Origin: Leucoraja ocellata
Lineage: Eukaryota
Direction of reading: 5' to 3'
NCBI GenBank assembly: GCA_036785375.1
Contig: JAWMAR010000202.1
Coordinates: 3,162,001 to 3,226,000 of the forward strand
DNA length: 64,000 nt
Part shown: positions 41,201 to 56,200 of the stretch, one piece after another
Numbering within the stretch: position 1 is the stretch's first letter
Layout: each line of letters opens with the position of its first letter
Position numbers and translations under genes: made by a program
The notes under the pieces: model-generated
Databases searched by the model: none
The model's input: the letters and a program-made list of their open reading frames with translations, nothing else
What the model was told of the DNA's origin: nothing

Positions 41201-44200
41201 GAATATTGGACTATGACCAGTGAAGATCACTTGGGAAGTTTGAGACATTCCTTCTTAAATAAATACCCTTCAGAGTGTTTTGGATTGTGAGTCTGGGATC
41301 AAAATAGTTAGCCACTACCATTAAAGCCCAATAATCAGGTGTCCGTCGATTTATTATAAACCGCTTCTTGACTTTAACTGATCTAAGTTTGAAAATTAAA
41401 ATTGAGCAAACGACAAATTATTTGTTCAAAAATACTTTTTGTTTAACAAAATGCTGGAGTAACTCAGTGGGTCAGGTACGATTCGGATCGGAACCTTTCT
41501 TCAGACTATTGTTTATCTGCTTATCTTATCAGAATGCATTAGAATTGTTCTGTCCTTTAAAACAAAAAATGATTTGTACCATTTAACACTCTTAGATTGT
41601 CTGGATTTTGCTCAGTGGCTTTTGTTTCCAATATCTAGGCGTAGCTGTAATCCTGTGACTCTCTTTGACGCTGAGGTTGAGAAGTATTGTCCAGAAAACT
41701 ATGTGGATATTAAGGTATATTTATTAATATATTATCAGGATTATGTATTGCATATGCTTTTCACTGGACTTGTACCTGTCCATGGCGTGGCCTAGAATGA
41801 ATTTTACTCTGCATTTAACTTGATCAAGTAATAATTGAGGTGATAGTAGATGGTTTATGTTATATCTGTAGGGTTTAATTATTGCAGCTGTTTCTTTAAT
41901 TTTGTTTATTTTCAAGAGAACCCTAGAGCGAGAAGTGAGGAAATGTCAGGCCCTGGTGATTTGGACCGATTGTGATCGTGAAGGGGAAAACATTGGATTT
42001 GAAATAATTCAAGTGTGTAAAGCAGGTAATTATGCACATGTTTCTGGGTTCTACTAGTGTAACTTGCCTGTACTTTTCAGTAATATGTTAAAAAAAATCA
42101 TTAATGTGTCTCATTTTAGAGGGCTGATAGGAAGGGTCAATGTTAATCAGGGTCCTTGCAGGCTTGGCAATACTTGGAGCCATTCTGCCTTCTAATCTCT
42201 CCTGGCTATCAGGAGCCTCGCAAGATTGGTGTTTGTTTATTGTTGTCATGTGTACCAAATGCTGGCACTGTTGTAAGTATTTATTGTCCATGGGGAATGG
42301 AGAGGGCATTATTGTCGGGGTGACATTTAGACTTTTTGGACTTTAGACTTCAGTATGGAAACAGGCCTTTCGGACCACTGAGTCCACACTGACCAGTGAT
42401 CACTCTGTACAGGATCACTATCCTATACACTAGGGACAATTTACAATTTACAGAAGGCAATTAACCTACAAGTCCTGTACGCCTTTAGAAAATCCACGCA
42501 GTCACAGGGAGAACGAAGAAATTCTGTATAAACAGCACCCATAGTCAGGATCGAACCCGGGTCTCTGCCGCTGTAAGGCAGTACCACTGTGCCACCCCGA
42601 GGATTTGTGATTTGTTGAGGACTGTGATGAGGCGAGGCTGTGGCTGTTCATAGATGTATTGTTTCTAGAAAAGTTTTGTTGTATTGTTGAAACATTTTGT
42701 TACATACTTTGTGATGACTGAATTTGTTAACGGTGTTCACTCTGCATACTCTTTCCTGAGACAGTGAAGCCCAACCTGCAGGTGCTGCGTGCACGATTTT
42801 CTGAGATTACACCAAATTCCATCAGACAAGCCTACGAGAATCTTGTGGAACCTGACGAGAAAATCAATGATGCTGTTGATGTAAGGCAGGAGTTGGATCT
42901 TAGGATAGGTAAGAGGCTTAACTTATACTTCTTTTTTCATGTTTGCTTGAGCTTTCCCATGTGAAGCAAGCTAACTAATCTGCAAGTTGGTTCACTTAGC
43001 ACGCCTGCTCCTACCATGTGTGGTTTCCTTACACCCACCAACAACTCCAGGTTCAAAATCTCTACTGTGCTCTTGTGGTTTCATGCCAACATTTGTCCAC
43101 CTCTCCGATCTGTAGTTCTACTGCTGAGATTTTACCTCCTCCCACCCTGCTCCAAATCCATTGTATTTTCTATCTGCTCACCATCTTCTCCGTAACCTTT
43201 TGTCTCTTCATTCCAGCAATCTCTCTTTCCTACCCCTAATATTCACCTGTATTCCTGTAATCATGCCACTCCCTATTCCCGGCCTCCCAGGTGAACCATT
43301 ACACCTCCACCCCCACCCCCACCCCTAATGATGTATTTGAGGCCTCCAGCTGCCTTTTTGAACCCATCTCCTTTCCTTTCTGAAATGAGCTGCATGATAT
43401 TTCTCCATAGGTGCTTCTTTCACCCGGTTTCAAACCTTGCGACTACAGAAAATATTTCCAAATGTGCTATCAAATCAGCTCATCAGCTACGGCAGCTGCC
43501 AGTTTCCAACGCTGGGGTTTGTGGTTGAACGTTTCAAAGCAATCCAGGCTTTTATTCAAGAAACATTCTATAAAATCAAAGGTACGATGTCGTTCTGAAC
43601 CTCTCTGAAAATGTATAACATGTCCACAAGTAAACTGGTGTATTATCCCTTCCCCTTGGTTGAATAGTCCATTGAATAAAGGAAGAGGAAGGTAGAATAA
43701 CATTGCTTCCTCTTTAAAGTACAAGATTGTACATTCTGCAATAAAGTGTTGCAATTGGGGTATAGGTACTGTAAATTCATGTTAGATATGCATGTCACCT
43801 AGCCCCAGATGGTGGCAGATCTGAAGGATTATGTAACAGGACCACTGGGACAAGAACTATTCTAAATAATCCCCTCAGTTCAGATTCTTCTATTATGTGG
43901 TTGCACTGCCTGGGAGGTCTGGGTTCTAGGTTTGTTCTTATAACCTTTTACATGTTTACTGTACTAAATGTCACTGGGTGGGGGTTTTTGTCTCTTAGTT
44001 ACCCACGAGAATGAAGATGGCAATGTAGAATTTAATTGGAAAAGACATCGGCTTTTCAACCACACGGCATGCCTTGTACTTTACCAGATTTGCATGGAGG
44101 TGAGCATGAGTTTACATCTGAATTATTGTTCTTGAATCTGTAAGATATTTGAAGATTGGGAAGGATAACAAACTGTATTAAAAAATTGGTTTAAAGAAGG

Positions 44201-47200
44201 AAATGAAGAATTTTAATTTTCTGCTGTTTACTGAAGTTTGGAGTAGGTAGGTGTGTCACAAAAGCTTCCCCTCTGGGATCACTTTTGGAGATCAATACAT
44301 TGGATGCAAGCTCACCACAGATGGGTCAACATTTGCAAAAATAGATTGAGCTAATTCTGTAAGTGAAAGCAAACGAAATGGGTGATGTTAGCACGGAAAA
44401 ACGTACTGTCAGCAGAAGTGAGCTGATGCATTTTGGTTTAATAAAAAGTGTGTGGTTTTATGATGTGATGGAAATAGAATTGGGGTTGGGGGGACAGCAG
44501 AAGGATTTAGGGTGGAAACTTGCCTGATTGACATGGCTGTAGGTGGGGGAGGAAAGGAATTTTGAAAATATTCTATAGCTTGGGCAGCTTCTGTAGAGAG
44601 AGAAAGCATTATATCAGGACTTTTTGCAGATTGGAAGTAGACATTTTAGGCTTAATTAATAGAGCAGGTTTAGATAAACATAATCCTAATTATATATGCC
44701 AAGAAGAAAAATAAGTGTTTATAAAACTTTATCTGAAACTCAATGGACTTCATGCTATTGAAATTAAATTGGACCTTTTATGAAGGGTGCAGTACAGCTT
44801 CCGTAAGATGCTGCCTGAAGAAATGCAAACACATTGCACAAGTGCAATGTGGCACTATTATAATTTGAATAAAGGCACAGACTATATAAAAACAAACAAT
44901 TTCCTGCATTTGAAGTACCAAGAGAGATTGGGAATAAAATTGATTTAAAAAGATTTAGCCGTGGACAGGAGAAACCTCTTCATGGAACGTTGAAGAGGGT
45001 GTGAAATGTATTGCAAAGACGATTAGGCAGAAACAATCAAAATTCCACATTAGTTTGATTGGATTTATTTTGGGGTTGAGAAAACTGGGAGAGAATTAAG
45101 TTGAGTAAATATCTTTCAACATCAAAATAAAGCATTTTGTGTCATTAAGCGCAATAAGTCAACTTTCTTTGTGAAGGTGTTTCACATAGAGCTTCTTGTC
45201 TGCTTCCATGAGTTGGTATTAACATAAAACAAGAAATAGGTAATTAATACTTAGTTTTGTAAAGCTTTTGTTTTTTACTACATAATCTTGATTTCTTTCT
45301 TGTTTCCTGATCACAGGATCCAGTTGCTACTGTACTTGATGTATTTACTAAACCGAAGAGCAAATGGAGACCTTTACCTCTTGAAACTGTGGTGTGTATC
45401 CTGATGTAGCACAAATTATATAATGAAATGCTACAATAATTTAATTTAATAAGAAATAAAAGTGTGCTTCAGACATGCTGTTTCGTGACTTTTAAGTGTC
45501 AGCTTCTGGATTTAATTCTTCACTGTCGTATGTCTCCACGGTCTTATCCTCCCCTATACTTGGCCAATAAATTAATTACAATTACAATCTCTCTAATCAA
45601 AATTCCTGCCCTTGTTGATTGTCCAGGAATATTTTGTATACATAAAAGTATTGGGCGTGGGCTGGAATCCTTCCCTATGGATTGTTAGCTTGTTGTGCTT
45701 GTTACTGCCTCACAATACCTACATACACTCATCATAAATATTTGCTTTATCATCAACTTGTATTATCCCCTGAATTTAAGAAAGATCAAGCTTCAAAAAC
45801 AGTCATCAAAATTCTCCCTGCTTGACGAATAATGGGGGGTTTACACGTGTGCTCCCATAGGCATGTTAAAGGTGATGTCCCTTGATTGAAAACTATGCTT
45901 CCACAGAATGAGATACCAGAGTCCTATCGTATTGAACCTGTGCTTGTCTCAAGCTTCTTTGACTTTGTCTACTTAGGTAATTTCTCTCAACCTCAAACTT
46001 GCTTACTGCTTTGCCTTTATTAAACTTTTTGCAATCCTTTACTATATTAAGGGCACTGCTATTAGAAGAATGTTTATGAATGATGAACAAGAACTGGAAA
46101 CGGAATTTAATTGAAAAATTAACACTTGTTTACAAAACAGGAATTGGAGAAACTGGCTTCAAGGAAGTTAAAAATCAATGCAAAGGAGACAATGAGGATA
46201 GCAGAGAAGTTGTACACCCAAGGGTGAGAGTCTTTATGCTGTTGCACTTGATCCCTCTGAGTAATTCCAGCATCTTTTTATGTAACGTTTTGAACTTTCT
46301 GGCATCCTACTCCATAACTCTCTCTTTAGGTCAATACTATGACTCAACTCCCTCTAAACCGTACCAAATGTTCCTTTATCACATGCTTATGGTCTTGGGT
46401 CATATTTTCTTATTCTCTGTTTGTCTCACTGAATATATGTACTCTGAACCACTCAGAATATTAAATACCCTATGTGTGATCTCTGATAATAAATGGTGAA
46501 CATAAATGTGGACTGTGTTCGAAGAAGTTGATGATCCTTGGCTTGATTAATTAATTCACTTCCGCTGAGTTACCGGGTTTAGTTAATACATGACAACTGG
46601 GACAAATTTAGATGTACTACCATTGTCCATGTGGTCAAATAGTCCTCAATCATTATGTCCAGACCAATTATTTAGGGGTCACTAAAGATTTGTGAGCTCA
46701 GAATTCCTGTGACAACAAATACCTAGCTCAGTTTCTAAGCACACATTGTTGTTTCTATTCCTACCTCTGCAGATACATCAGCTACCCTCGTACGGAAACC
46801 AATATCTTCCCCAAGGACCTGAACCTCTCCATGTTGGTGCAACAGCAAACCGTGGACTCTCATTGGGGGGCATTTGCACAAGGTATTTTGGACGGAGGTG
46901 GGCCAAACCCTCGAAATGGAAACAAATCTGACCAGGCCCATCCACCGATCCATCCGACTAAATATGCCAGCAACTTACAGGTATTAGCTCTTCTAGTATT
47001 TTTGAATTCTTCTGTGTTGGTGTGATCCCATTCGCTTATCTATCTATATATTATTAAAACTCTCATCTTGTTTGTGATTCTGTCTACGTGTGTGCGTGTC
47101 TGCGTATATCCGGTGCTCCCGGAACTACGCCAAAATGGTACACGATAGTGCTACAATTTTTGGACCACCTTACCCACAATTGTCCTGTGGTGTGTTTTTA

Positions 47201-50200
47201 TCAAGTTTCGTTCAGATTGATGTTATAATTTACGTTATTCACATTTTAAACTTAAAAAAATGTAAAACAGCGCCCCACTTGCCGTTAGCAGCATATGACG
47301 TCACAATGGGATCTCATTTACATAAACTGCCCGTCAGCAGTGTTCCACCCCACAATTACATCACAACGGGATCTCATTTACATAAAAAAGACTCACTGTT
47401 AAAAGCACGCTAGACACGGACACGTACTGGGCCCCGAGCGCGGCTCCGGGCCCCGGGCTGGGTTTCGAGCCGGTGCAGGGTCCGGGGACTGCAGCTACGG
47501 GCCCGCTGGTCCCGCGGGTCCCGCGGCTCCAGACCGCAGCCTCAAATAGTGACTGACTGACTTTGTTATTTTAAAATCCGCACACGCGGATAACTGAAAG
47601 TCTCCCCGCCTGTGCAGGATTAGAAAATACCATGGTGCTGAGGCTGGAGCAAGGTCTGGGGGCGGCGGTGTTCCGGGAAGGAGGAGGAGAGGAAAATGAG
47701 AAATGTAATTTAAACATTTTGTTTAGTGGGGGAATGGGATAGGGGAGAGGTGAGGAGTGTGGGAGCAGGGAGGTAGATGGAGAGGAGGGGGGTAGGGAGG
47801 GGAGAGGGGTATGGAGTAACTGAGGGTAGGGGAAAGGAGAGGGAGGGAGTGGAGGAGGAGAGGGGAAAGAAGAGGGTGCAGAGGAGGGGGAGAGAGAGCT
47901 GGGGGATGAGTGAAAATGAGCCGCTCCTGCGCAATTGGGGGCTATGAGAGTGGTGCAATATTACTTTGGGGGAACGGGTGAGTGGTGGAATATTGCGTTG
48001 GGGGAACGGGTCCCACTTGGTATAGTTTTAATATAAAACAATGCAGAGTCATGGTTAGGTTGCAAGAGGACCATAAGGTTACAAATTGTAGTAATTATAA
48101 ATATTTTGTATTTATTATGCATTTTAGAACATTACAGAATATATTTGGAGTTGTATTAGATGCAAAGGAAAGGGCTTTGGTGATATTTTTGTTTTGTTAC
48201 CGATGGGAAGTCTATATTTGCTTTACATGCTATGGTTTTTGCACTATCGTGGTCTAGTTTAATTGAATGCTAATTTATTGTATATTTATTGTTGCTGTTC
48301 TGTCTAATGTACCTGTAAAACTGCAGCAAGAAATAACATCATTATTTCGGTTCATATCCAGTGCAAATGAATGAATGAATTAATTAATAAGTTTATTGAC
48401 CAAGTATTCACATGCAAGGAATTTGCCTTGTTGCTCCGCCCACAAGTAAAACAAATGACAAATAAATGCTCCCGTGATTGGCTTAGGTTAAAAGAGGCAG
48501 CAAAATCCTGGGGTGAGGGGAAGGGGTGAACTTCAACTGCAGTTTCTTTCCTGAATATGAAAAGCTTGTGATTGAAGTTTTTTTCTAATTGATAATATTC
48601 AATTTTTCAAATTAATACAGAACCAATTTTGTACATGTAACTCATTTGTGAATTTTAATTTATTTTTAGGGAACTGAGCAGCGTCTTTATGAGTTTATTG
48701 TTCGCCACTTTCTGGCTTGTTGCTCTCAGGATGCACAGGGACAGGAAACCACAGTGGAAATTGACATTGCAGGAGAATGTTTTGTTGCTCATGGACTTAT
48801 GATTATTGCACGGAATTATCTCGATGTTTATCCATATGACAAATGGAATGCTAAGGTATTGTAGAAAGAATAAAATGAGTCATTACCTAATTCCTTGTTT
48901 CTAGCATGGTGCGGTTTATTGCTTTAGAGAATACCTTCATTCTTTCAGACAGGAGGAAAGTGTGAAACCCTTTAAACAAATTTAGAGCCACGTGTACCAT
49001 AAAATATTCTATTTATTCTGGAATGTGGGCGATAATTAAGCGCAACATTTCTAGAATAAGAGGTATTCCTGTTCCAGAACTCTGGACTTACAGTGACCTT
49101 AAACTGATAGACCTGTTGTAAGTATATTCATTGATGGGGATGGAAAATATAATGGGTTTATATCTATCTGTGATGTCTCTACATTCAAAAGCAATGCTCA
49201 CCTAAAGTTCATGCAACGCATTTGTTGTACGACTGGTAACAAAAATTATTTATTTTAGAGTTCCTGTGATTATGATCATAATTTGTCTGTTCTAGATTAT
49301 ACCAGTGTTTGAGAGGGGGAAGAAATTCCAGCCGACCACTATTGAGATGGTTGATGGCGAGACAAGTCCACCCCAACTCTTGACTGAAGCTGATCTAATT
49401 GCCCTGATGGAGAAGCATGGTATAGGTAAGTCTGAAACACAAGTTCTCTTTATTTGGTGCCTCTTGTTCTCATCTCACTGACTGGATGTTGTGACCCCTT
49501 TACTGTGAAGACCAGCATTTTTAGTTCTTTGCTTGGTCTGTGATTAGTTAGCTGTAATCAACAGGCACCAATCACTTCATGTCCTTGAAGAATGGAATGG
49601 AAATTCTTGTTTCTGATTACCACATAGGTCACTCCTATCTTTGGGTGAAGACATTTCCATGGCTTGATTGTATATGTGGAAGGGTTTGTATGTTCTCCCA
49701 TAGACGGTGTGGGTTTTATCCTAGTGCTCTGGTTTCCTCCCATTTCACAAAGATGCGTGGATTGGTAGGTTAATCGGCCACTATAAATTGCCACTTGTGT
49801 GCAGATGAGCGGTATAATCTGGGGGAACGAGTTAATGAAAATATGAAGAAAATATAAAGATGGATTAACATAGCATTAGTGTAAATGTAGGTATGTTACA
49901 AAACCTACCTGAATTGTGGCTGAGCATCTGCCCTACCCCGTGTGTGTGATTTTGGCGCTGTTTAGAGGGGGCGGGTTTAAAACGCGATTTTTACTAGGCT
50001 GTTCCAATCGAAAATGTTCAGCCTAGTAAATCATTAACGGAAAATCGCTGAAAGACCCCGTCGCAAAAGGTGTTATTAGTTTTTATGGCCTTGTATAATA
50101 TTTATAGTAGTTTAAAAATCACTCTCTCACTCCGCAACCTCTCGCAGCCCTAGGGTTTTATAAAGCAAACAATTAAAGGTATGTACCTTATTTTTACATT

Positions 50201-53200
50201 AAATGGGGCTTGTATATAACCCTGTATATAAAGTTTTCTATAGCGAGTAGTTCATTTTGGGCTCTTTATATCCCGCAGTATTTTTCTGGGCACTTGAGGG
50301 CACAAATCCAGCGCAATGCGAACGTTCTAAACCAGTGCGTTCACAGGAACCCACTAGAAAGCTGATTTAAATTGACTTTAATTTACAGCAAATGAACACT
50401 AAATTCCTTCCATTTCGCCTATAAATTGATGTAAATGAGATTTAAAAATCATTTTATTGTGAATTATTTGTGAATATTATTTGGACACTTGGGCTATTTA
50501 AAAATGTTAATCATTTATTAAGAAATGGATAGATGTTTAGATCTAGTGATTGAAGTTTGAAATTAGCTACAATTGGGTAACTAACTAATTATATGCTTTA
50601 ATTTCAGGTCATCCAAGTAAGATTATTTTATATTTGTTTCAGAATGCTTCAATCTATGATAACTGAAAATTTCATTCAGTTCTCTTAATTTTTAAGAAGG
50701 TTATGGGCTTTTGACTGTCCACGATCACAGCTTTTTTGTTATGTCCATAGAAAATCAATAGGGAACAAGATGCTAATTTCCGAGTATGAAAATGGCCATA
50801 ACTTTTTTATTACTTGAGATATGAAAGTGAATTAGGTGTCAAATTAAACTTATTGTTATGCTTTATCTGATGGGATAAATTGCAGACTTGATTTTTTAAA
50901 TCTCAAAATTTTGTAACATTGCTAGTAAATGGGTGCTCGATAGTCAACATGGACCCAGTAGGCCGAAGGACCTGTTTCATGCTGCACATTCCCTGGCTAT
51001 GACATCCAGTAAACCCTCATTATTGCAGACCTCCTTATAACAGATTTTGGTTATCTTTAAGATCTTTAAGAACATAGGCTGCTTGTTACACTGTGGAGGC
51101 TATTGAAATTGACACGGCACTGAAATTGACAAGCAATTGATGGGATAGACACTTAACTATTAAACAATGTAACAAACAGCCTTTGGTATTTTTAGCCTGC
51201 AGTAATAAAGATACATTTTTAGTTGTTAAAAAGAATTGGGGTTAGGGTATTGTATCTCAAAACATTATGTTACTTCACAGACTGACCGCTAGATCGTTAG
51301 AGCAAACTATTACCCGGTTATAGAGGATAATCTGCAATAACGGACACCATTCCTCCTCCATATGGTCCATAATAACGAAGGATAACTGTAATGGAAAATT
51401 AGGTTCTTGGTTGGTAAAGATCGGGTCTTGGTGCCCCAATGTTGATGAGTGTGACATGTTAGAGTCCTGTGCTGTGGAGCTGTGTTGCTCATATGCATTT
51501 ATTTTCTTTCAGGGACTGATGCCACTCATGCAGACCACATTGAGACGATCAAATCCCGAATGTATGTGGGCTTGACTCCAGAGCAGCGATTCCTCCCTGG
51601 GGAATTGGGAATGGGTCTAGTGGAAGGTAAGAGAAGAAACTGCTCTAAAATCTGTGATATTAACATTTATCACCCCCCCCCCCCCCCCCCCCCCCCTCCT
51701 GATCCACTGAGTTACTTCAGCACTCTGTGTTTTTTGAAGATATAACGTGATTGGATCCGGACAAATTATTGGTGATATTTACACCGAGGAACTTGACCAT
51801 TTTTCTAAGTGGCCTGCTATGTTGCTTTAATAATTTCTTCTAATATTTTCCCTATGATAGATGATAATATCCTTTCTGTCTCTTTTTTTGGGGGAAAATA
51901 TATATTGGTTAGAATATATATTCATATATTCTAACCTACTGGAACTTGTTCTGAAATCAGGAAATCTTGGAAAAATAAAGCCAATGCATCAACAATAATT
52001 AGTTATGTTAAGGTACTAGGATGAAATCCATCAGAATCTGTGTTTCTGGCGGCCCCCAGATCCAACAATTTGTTCAGTACAATGGCTTTGTAATTTTCCA
52101 ATTTTCCTCCCACCTTCTAGATTCAGATTTACAGCTATTTCTGGGGTGTGACTCGTATTCTTTGCAGTGAAGATTGGTGCAACAACTTACCTGTTTAAGT
52201 CATTTGTAATCTCCATATTAGCATTTATCAATTCCCTGGACTTACTTTATAAAGAACCCACTATCACTTTGTTCATTTTTTTTTGCTGTTAAATTTGCTG
52301 TCCATTTTTTTTATGCTTGTGATTATTTTTGCCTCTACTGTAGGTTATGATTCCATGGGATATGAGATGTCCAAGCCAGATCTAAGAGCTGAGCTTGAGG
52401 CAAATCTGAAACTGATTTGCGAAGGGAAGAAAGAAAAGTTTAGCGTGCTGCATCAGTATATTCAGAAATACAAGCAGGTATTCATCGCAGCCGTGGCAAA
52501 GGCAAAAAAGTGAGTATTTGTATAAACCAAATATTCTTGGGATGTGAGTGTTGTTGGCAAAGGGGCCATTTTCTGCCAGTTTTCATTGTCTTATACAGTT
52601 AGGTAAAACTGTCTTAAAAGGCCTCTTCAGAGTGGAGAGTCAGCCTTAAAGGTTAGGCCTGAAGCCAAATGTAAGGACAGCAGATTTTCTTATTAAAGAG
52701 ACTTCACTGAATCGGTTGGGTTTTTATGGCAATCTGATAATGTCATGGTTAGTTTAACTGACTCTAGCTTTTCCTTATTTTTATGTTGTCTTTTAGTTTT
52801 AATTTATTATAATATGAGTATGGCCATGAGAATAGTTAACAGATCCTCTTAGCGTTGATCCAAGCAGACACATGGATATCAAGTAATTAGTGGAAAGAAA
52901 TTTCAGAAGAGATTCCTTTCCTTTTGATTGTAAATTCTGAGTCAAAAGGCAGTTCAGTGCCAATCTGCCCACCCTCTTTGCCACTAATGTCTTAATCTCT
53001 CTCCCATTCCCAGAGCATCCCCTCTCTTGTCATCAGTGCCAGCTCTCTCTCCTTCCCATATGGTGATCTTCCAATCCCCATCCCCCCCCCATCGTTTTCC
53101 TCCTTCCAGGGTGCCACCTCTTTAGTGTAGCCACACACATTTTACTGCATCACTTACTCACCTACTATCTTACCTCATTTCCTGTAAACAGCTCCCATTG

Positions 53201-56200
53201 GTGGCCATTTCCTATCCGTCATCCTCGTACTCCCACTTTTCCTTCCACTTCCCATCCCCAGCAGGTCCTCTTATTCTATCTTCCTTTTATCCTTGATGGC
53301 CTCCTTCGTTGGCAGACCCTATTTCCATCACCCATTTCTGTGCTGACCAAGTCCATGACTGCCCCCTCTACAACAAGCTTAACAGCTGTACTCTCTGCCA
53401 CTGACAAGCCTCTCAATTAGCATCCCCATCTCCTTTCCCTCCTTACTATACTGCCAAGGGCCTCTTCATCCTAGGAATTTGCTGCACTCTCATGGACCCT
53501 TATACCCTGCTCCATCATCCCTCTCCATCTTGCAGATTCCTTTGCTCTTCCCATCTTGGCAGTCCCCATTCCCTCATAGTCTTGCATAACAGTAGACTTT
53601 CACTAAGCCCACTTCCCTGGACCATCAACCCACCCTCTTGTGAGGCTCCTTAAAACTCCCAATCCCTCCCTGTCATTCAGCTTTCACGTTCTCTCCTGTT
53701 TTCCTGACTTGTAACTACCATCTTGCTTTCTCCTTTATTTTCTTTGTTACATTTTGGTTACCAGATCTTGTATTGATCATGAGCTTTGCCTCCATGAAGC
53801 ACATGGCATGGATATTACAAGAGAAGAACTGAATGTGGAACATTTTTATTCTAATCTCTGAAAATGAAGCCTACAGACTAGATGTTTGGTGTTGTTTTGA
53901 TAGGCTGGATGAGGCTCTCTCCCATTACTTGGGGGAGATGACAGAAATTACACCATCCGAAGAGTTCCAGATGGAGATTTCTGAACCTGTTCGAAAATGC
54001 CCCCAGTGCGGCAGGGACATGGTTCTCAAACCAAAGAAAGATGGAGGGTAAGTAACTGAATAGGAAGATAACATGAAGCCCTAATGCCAATCGCACAAGA
54101 ACGGGAGTTGGGAATTTGTTCCTGCAATGAATAGTTTCTTCCTCTGAGCTTGATGGCCATTCAGTTCATGGATGATCTGCACCTTATTTTTTTACTGCAT
54201 TTTTCACTTATAAATTGTGCTTGTCCCCATCATCCATTCCCCTGTGACGCAATGGTTCATATTTCATCTACATCTTATCTGCCCACTCCCTCTCTCCTCT
54301 TTACCCCCACTCCCCTCCAGTCGTATCTCTGGCTACTTTTCCTGTTTTTTATGTATAAATGTCCACAAAAAAACATGCCACACTCTTCCAGCGTGTGAAT
54401 ACCTTTGGTAAATTAGCCTGGTGGTGGCACTGTCAATTTAATCAATTGTGTTTCTGTTTATAATCCCTCCTAATTTAATGGTTAATGCTCCAGTCATTCA
54501 TGTTAATCAGTCACCATAGTTCATACCTTACCACTTAGTATGTTCACATGAAGGAATGAATAAGGGGCAAGAAATAAATTCTGTGAACACAGTAAGGTGT
54601 GAGGGCAATCCAATGAACATAGCAAGTGTAGGCACTGTGGGAAATAAATCCTGTGAATAAAGAATTGAGTTTGGGGTGGGGGCGAAGAACATAAGGGATG
54701 GGAAAATGAATCCTGACAACGGCTCCATACTTATTATTCCTGCTTCCTTAATTTAATTCTTCTGCTCCTGTTTTATATTTTTATCAAAGTGAATTAAGCC
54801 TCTTTTAAAAAAAATCTATACAGATATCTCTCTCTATCTTCATTAAACAAATTCCTTAAAACCCATCTCTGTGACCAGGTCTTAATATTTTATGTACCTC
54901 ACTGAAATTATTTTATTATTCTGAAAGCATAGCTGTGATGCACTTTAAGATATTTTACTGTGTTAAAGGTACTGTATAAATGCATGTAATTCTGTTGCTA
55001 TGCTGGGCTATTGGTATATATTGCCAGTTCCTATTCACCTTGTGACAGTGCGGGACGTTGCGTTCATTGTGTTTTCTTTGTATTTGCTGCAGGACGTACC
55101 TTTCATGTACCGGATATCCGAGCTGCAGGTCTGCAGTCTGGTTTCCCGATTCTGTCCTTGGGGTCAGCAAGGATGAGAGCGTTTGTCCCACATGTAAGCC
55201 ACACCCAGTGCACAGGTAAGGACTAAAGAAGATAAATCTAAACCTTACTGTTTTATTTTGAGAAAACGTATTCATTTTACTTGTTCGGAATTTTCAGGTT
55301 AAAGTTTAAGTTCAAGCGAGGCAGTGTGCCCCCGTTGGTCCCCTTGGAGTTCGTCGGCTGTATTGGAGGTTGTGACGAGATGTTGAGGGAGATCCTGGAC
55401 CTGAGGTATTTACGTGGACCATCCCATTTGAACGATCAAACAGCCAACCATTTGTCGCAGAACAGACCAGAGAATCACGTGAACAAGAGGCCCAGAAACC
55501 GTGGAGGTGCTGTGCCAACGGTGGCTGTGGGCCCAGTATCTAGAACCATTCCATCGGTGACTGCACGTGATGATAATGCTGTTATGTGCAACTGTGGTCA
55601 GAACGCACTCCTACTGACAGTCCGCAAGGATGGACCAAACCAGGGACGGAAGTTTTACAAGTGCAACGTGGGCAATTGCAACTTTTTTCTGTGGGCCGAG
55701 CAGGACAGTGGGGAATCGAGAAGCCATGGAGGAGCTGTTGGCAGGGGCAATACGAACACAGATACAGGAAACATCCGCCAAGCTGAAAGCAGGGGGACCT
55801 CTGGTGTAGGAGAAACAATGTGCACATGCAACCAGCCAGCTGTCACACGCACAGTGCAGAAAGATGGACCCAACAAGGGACGGGCATTCCATACCTGCTC
55901 CAAACCCAGAGAACAGCAGTGTGGCTTCTTCCAGTGGGCCGATGAGAACGCTTTACCTGGTAAGCATCGTAATAGAGTAACAGAAAAGTACAGCACAAAA
56001 ACTATACTGACTATTAACCACCGATTTACTAATGAACTATACGAACAAATCCTAAGGCACTATAGGAAAGTATTTCATAGACAATTACCAACCTCTTTTT
56101 CAAAAACTGTTAATCATATTCAGAGAAACACGGGCTACCCAGGCTATTCCTGGGTTACGAACACTAGACTTGTGGGCACCCCATGCATAAAAACAACATT

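Noticed and set aside
45392-45403. GTATCCT motif near the TOP3A intron 9 donor as a U12-type splice site
   Set aside because: It lies 4 nt downstream of the in-frame donor GTGTGT; using it would frameshift the protein.
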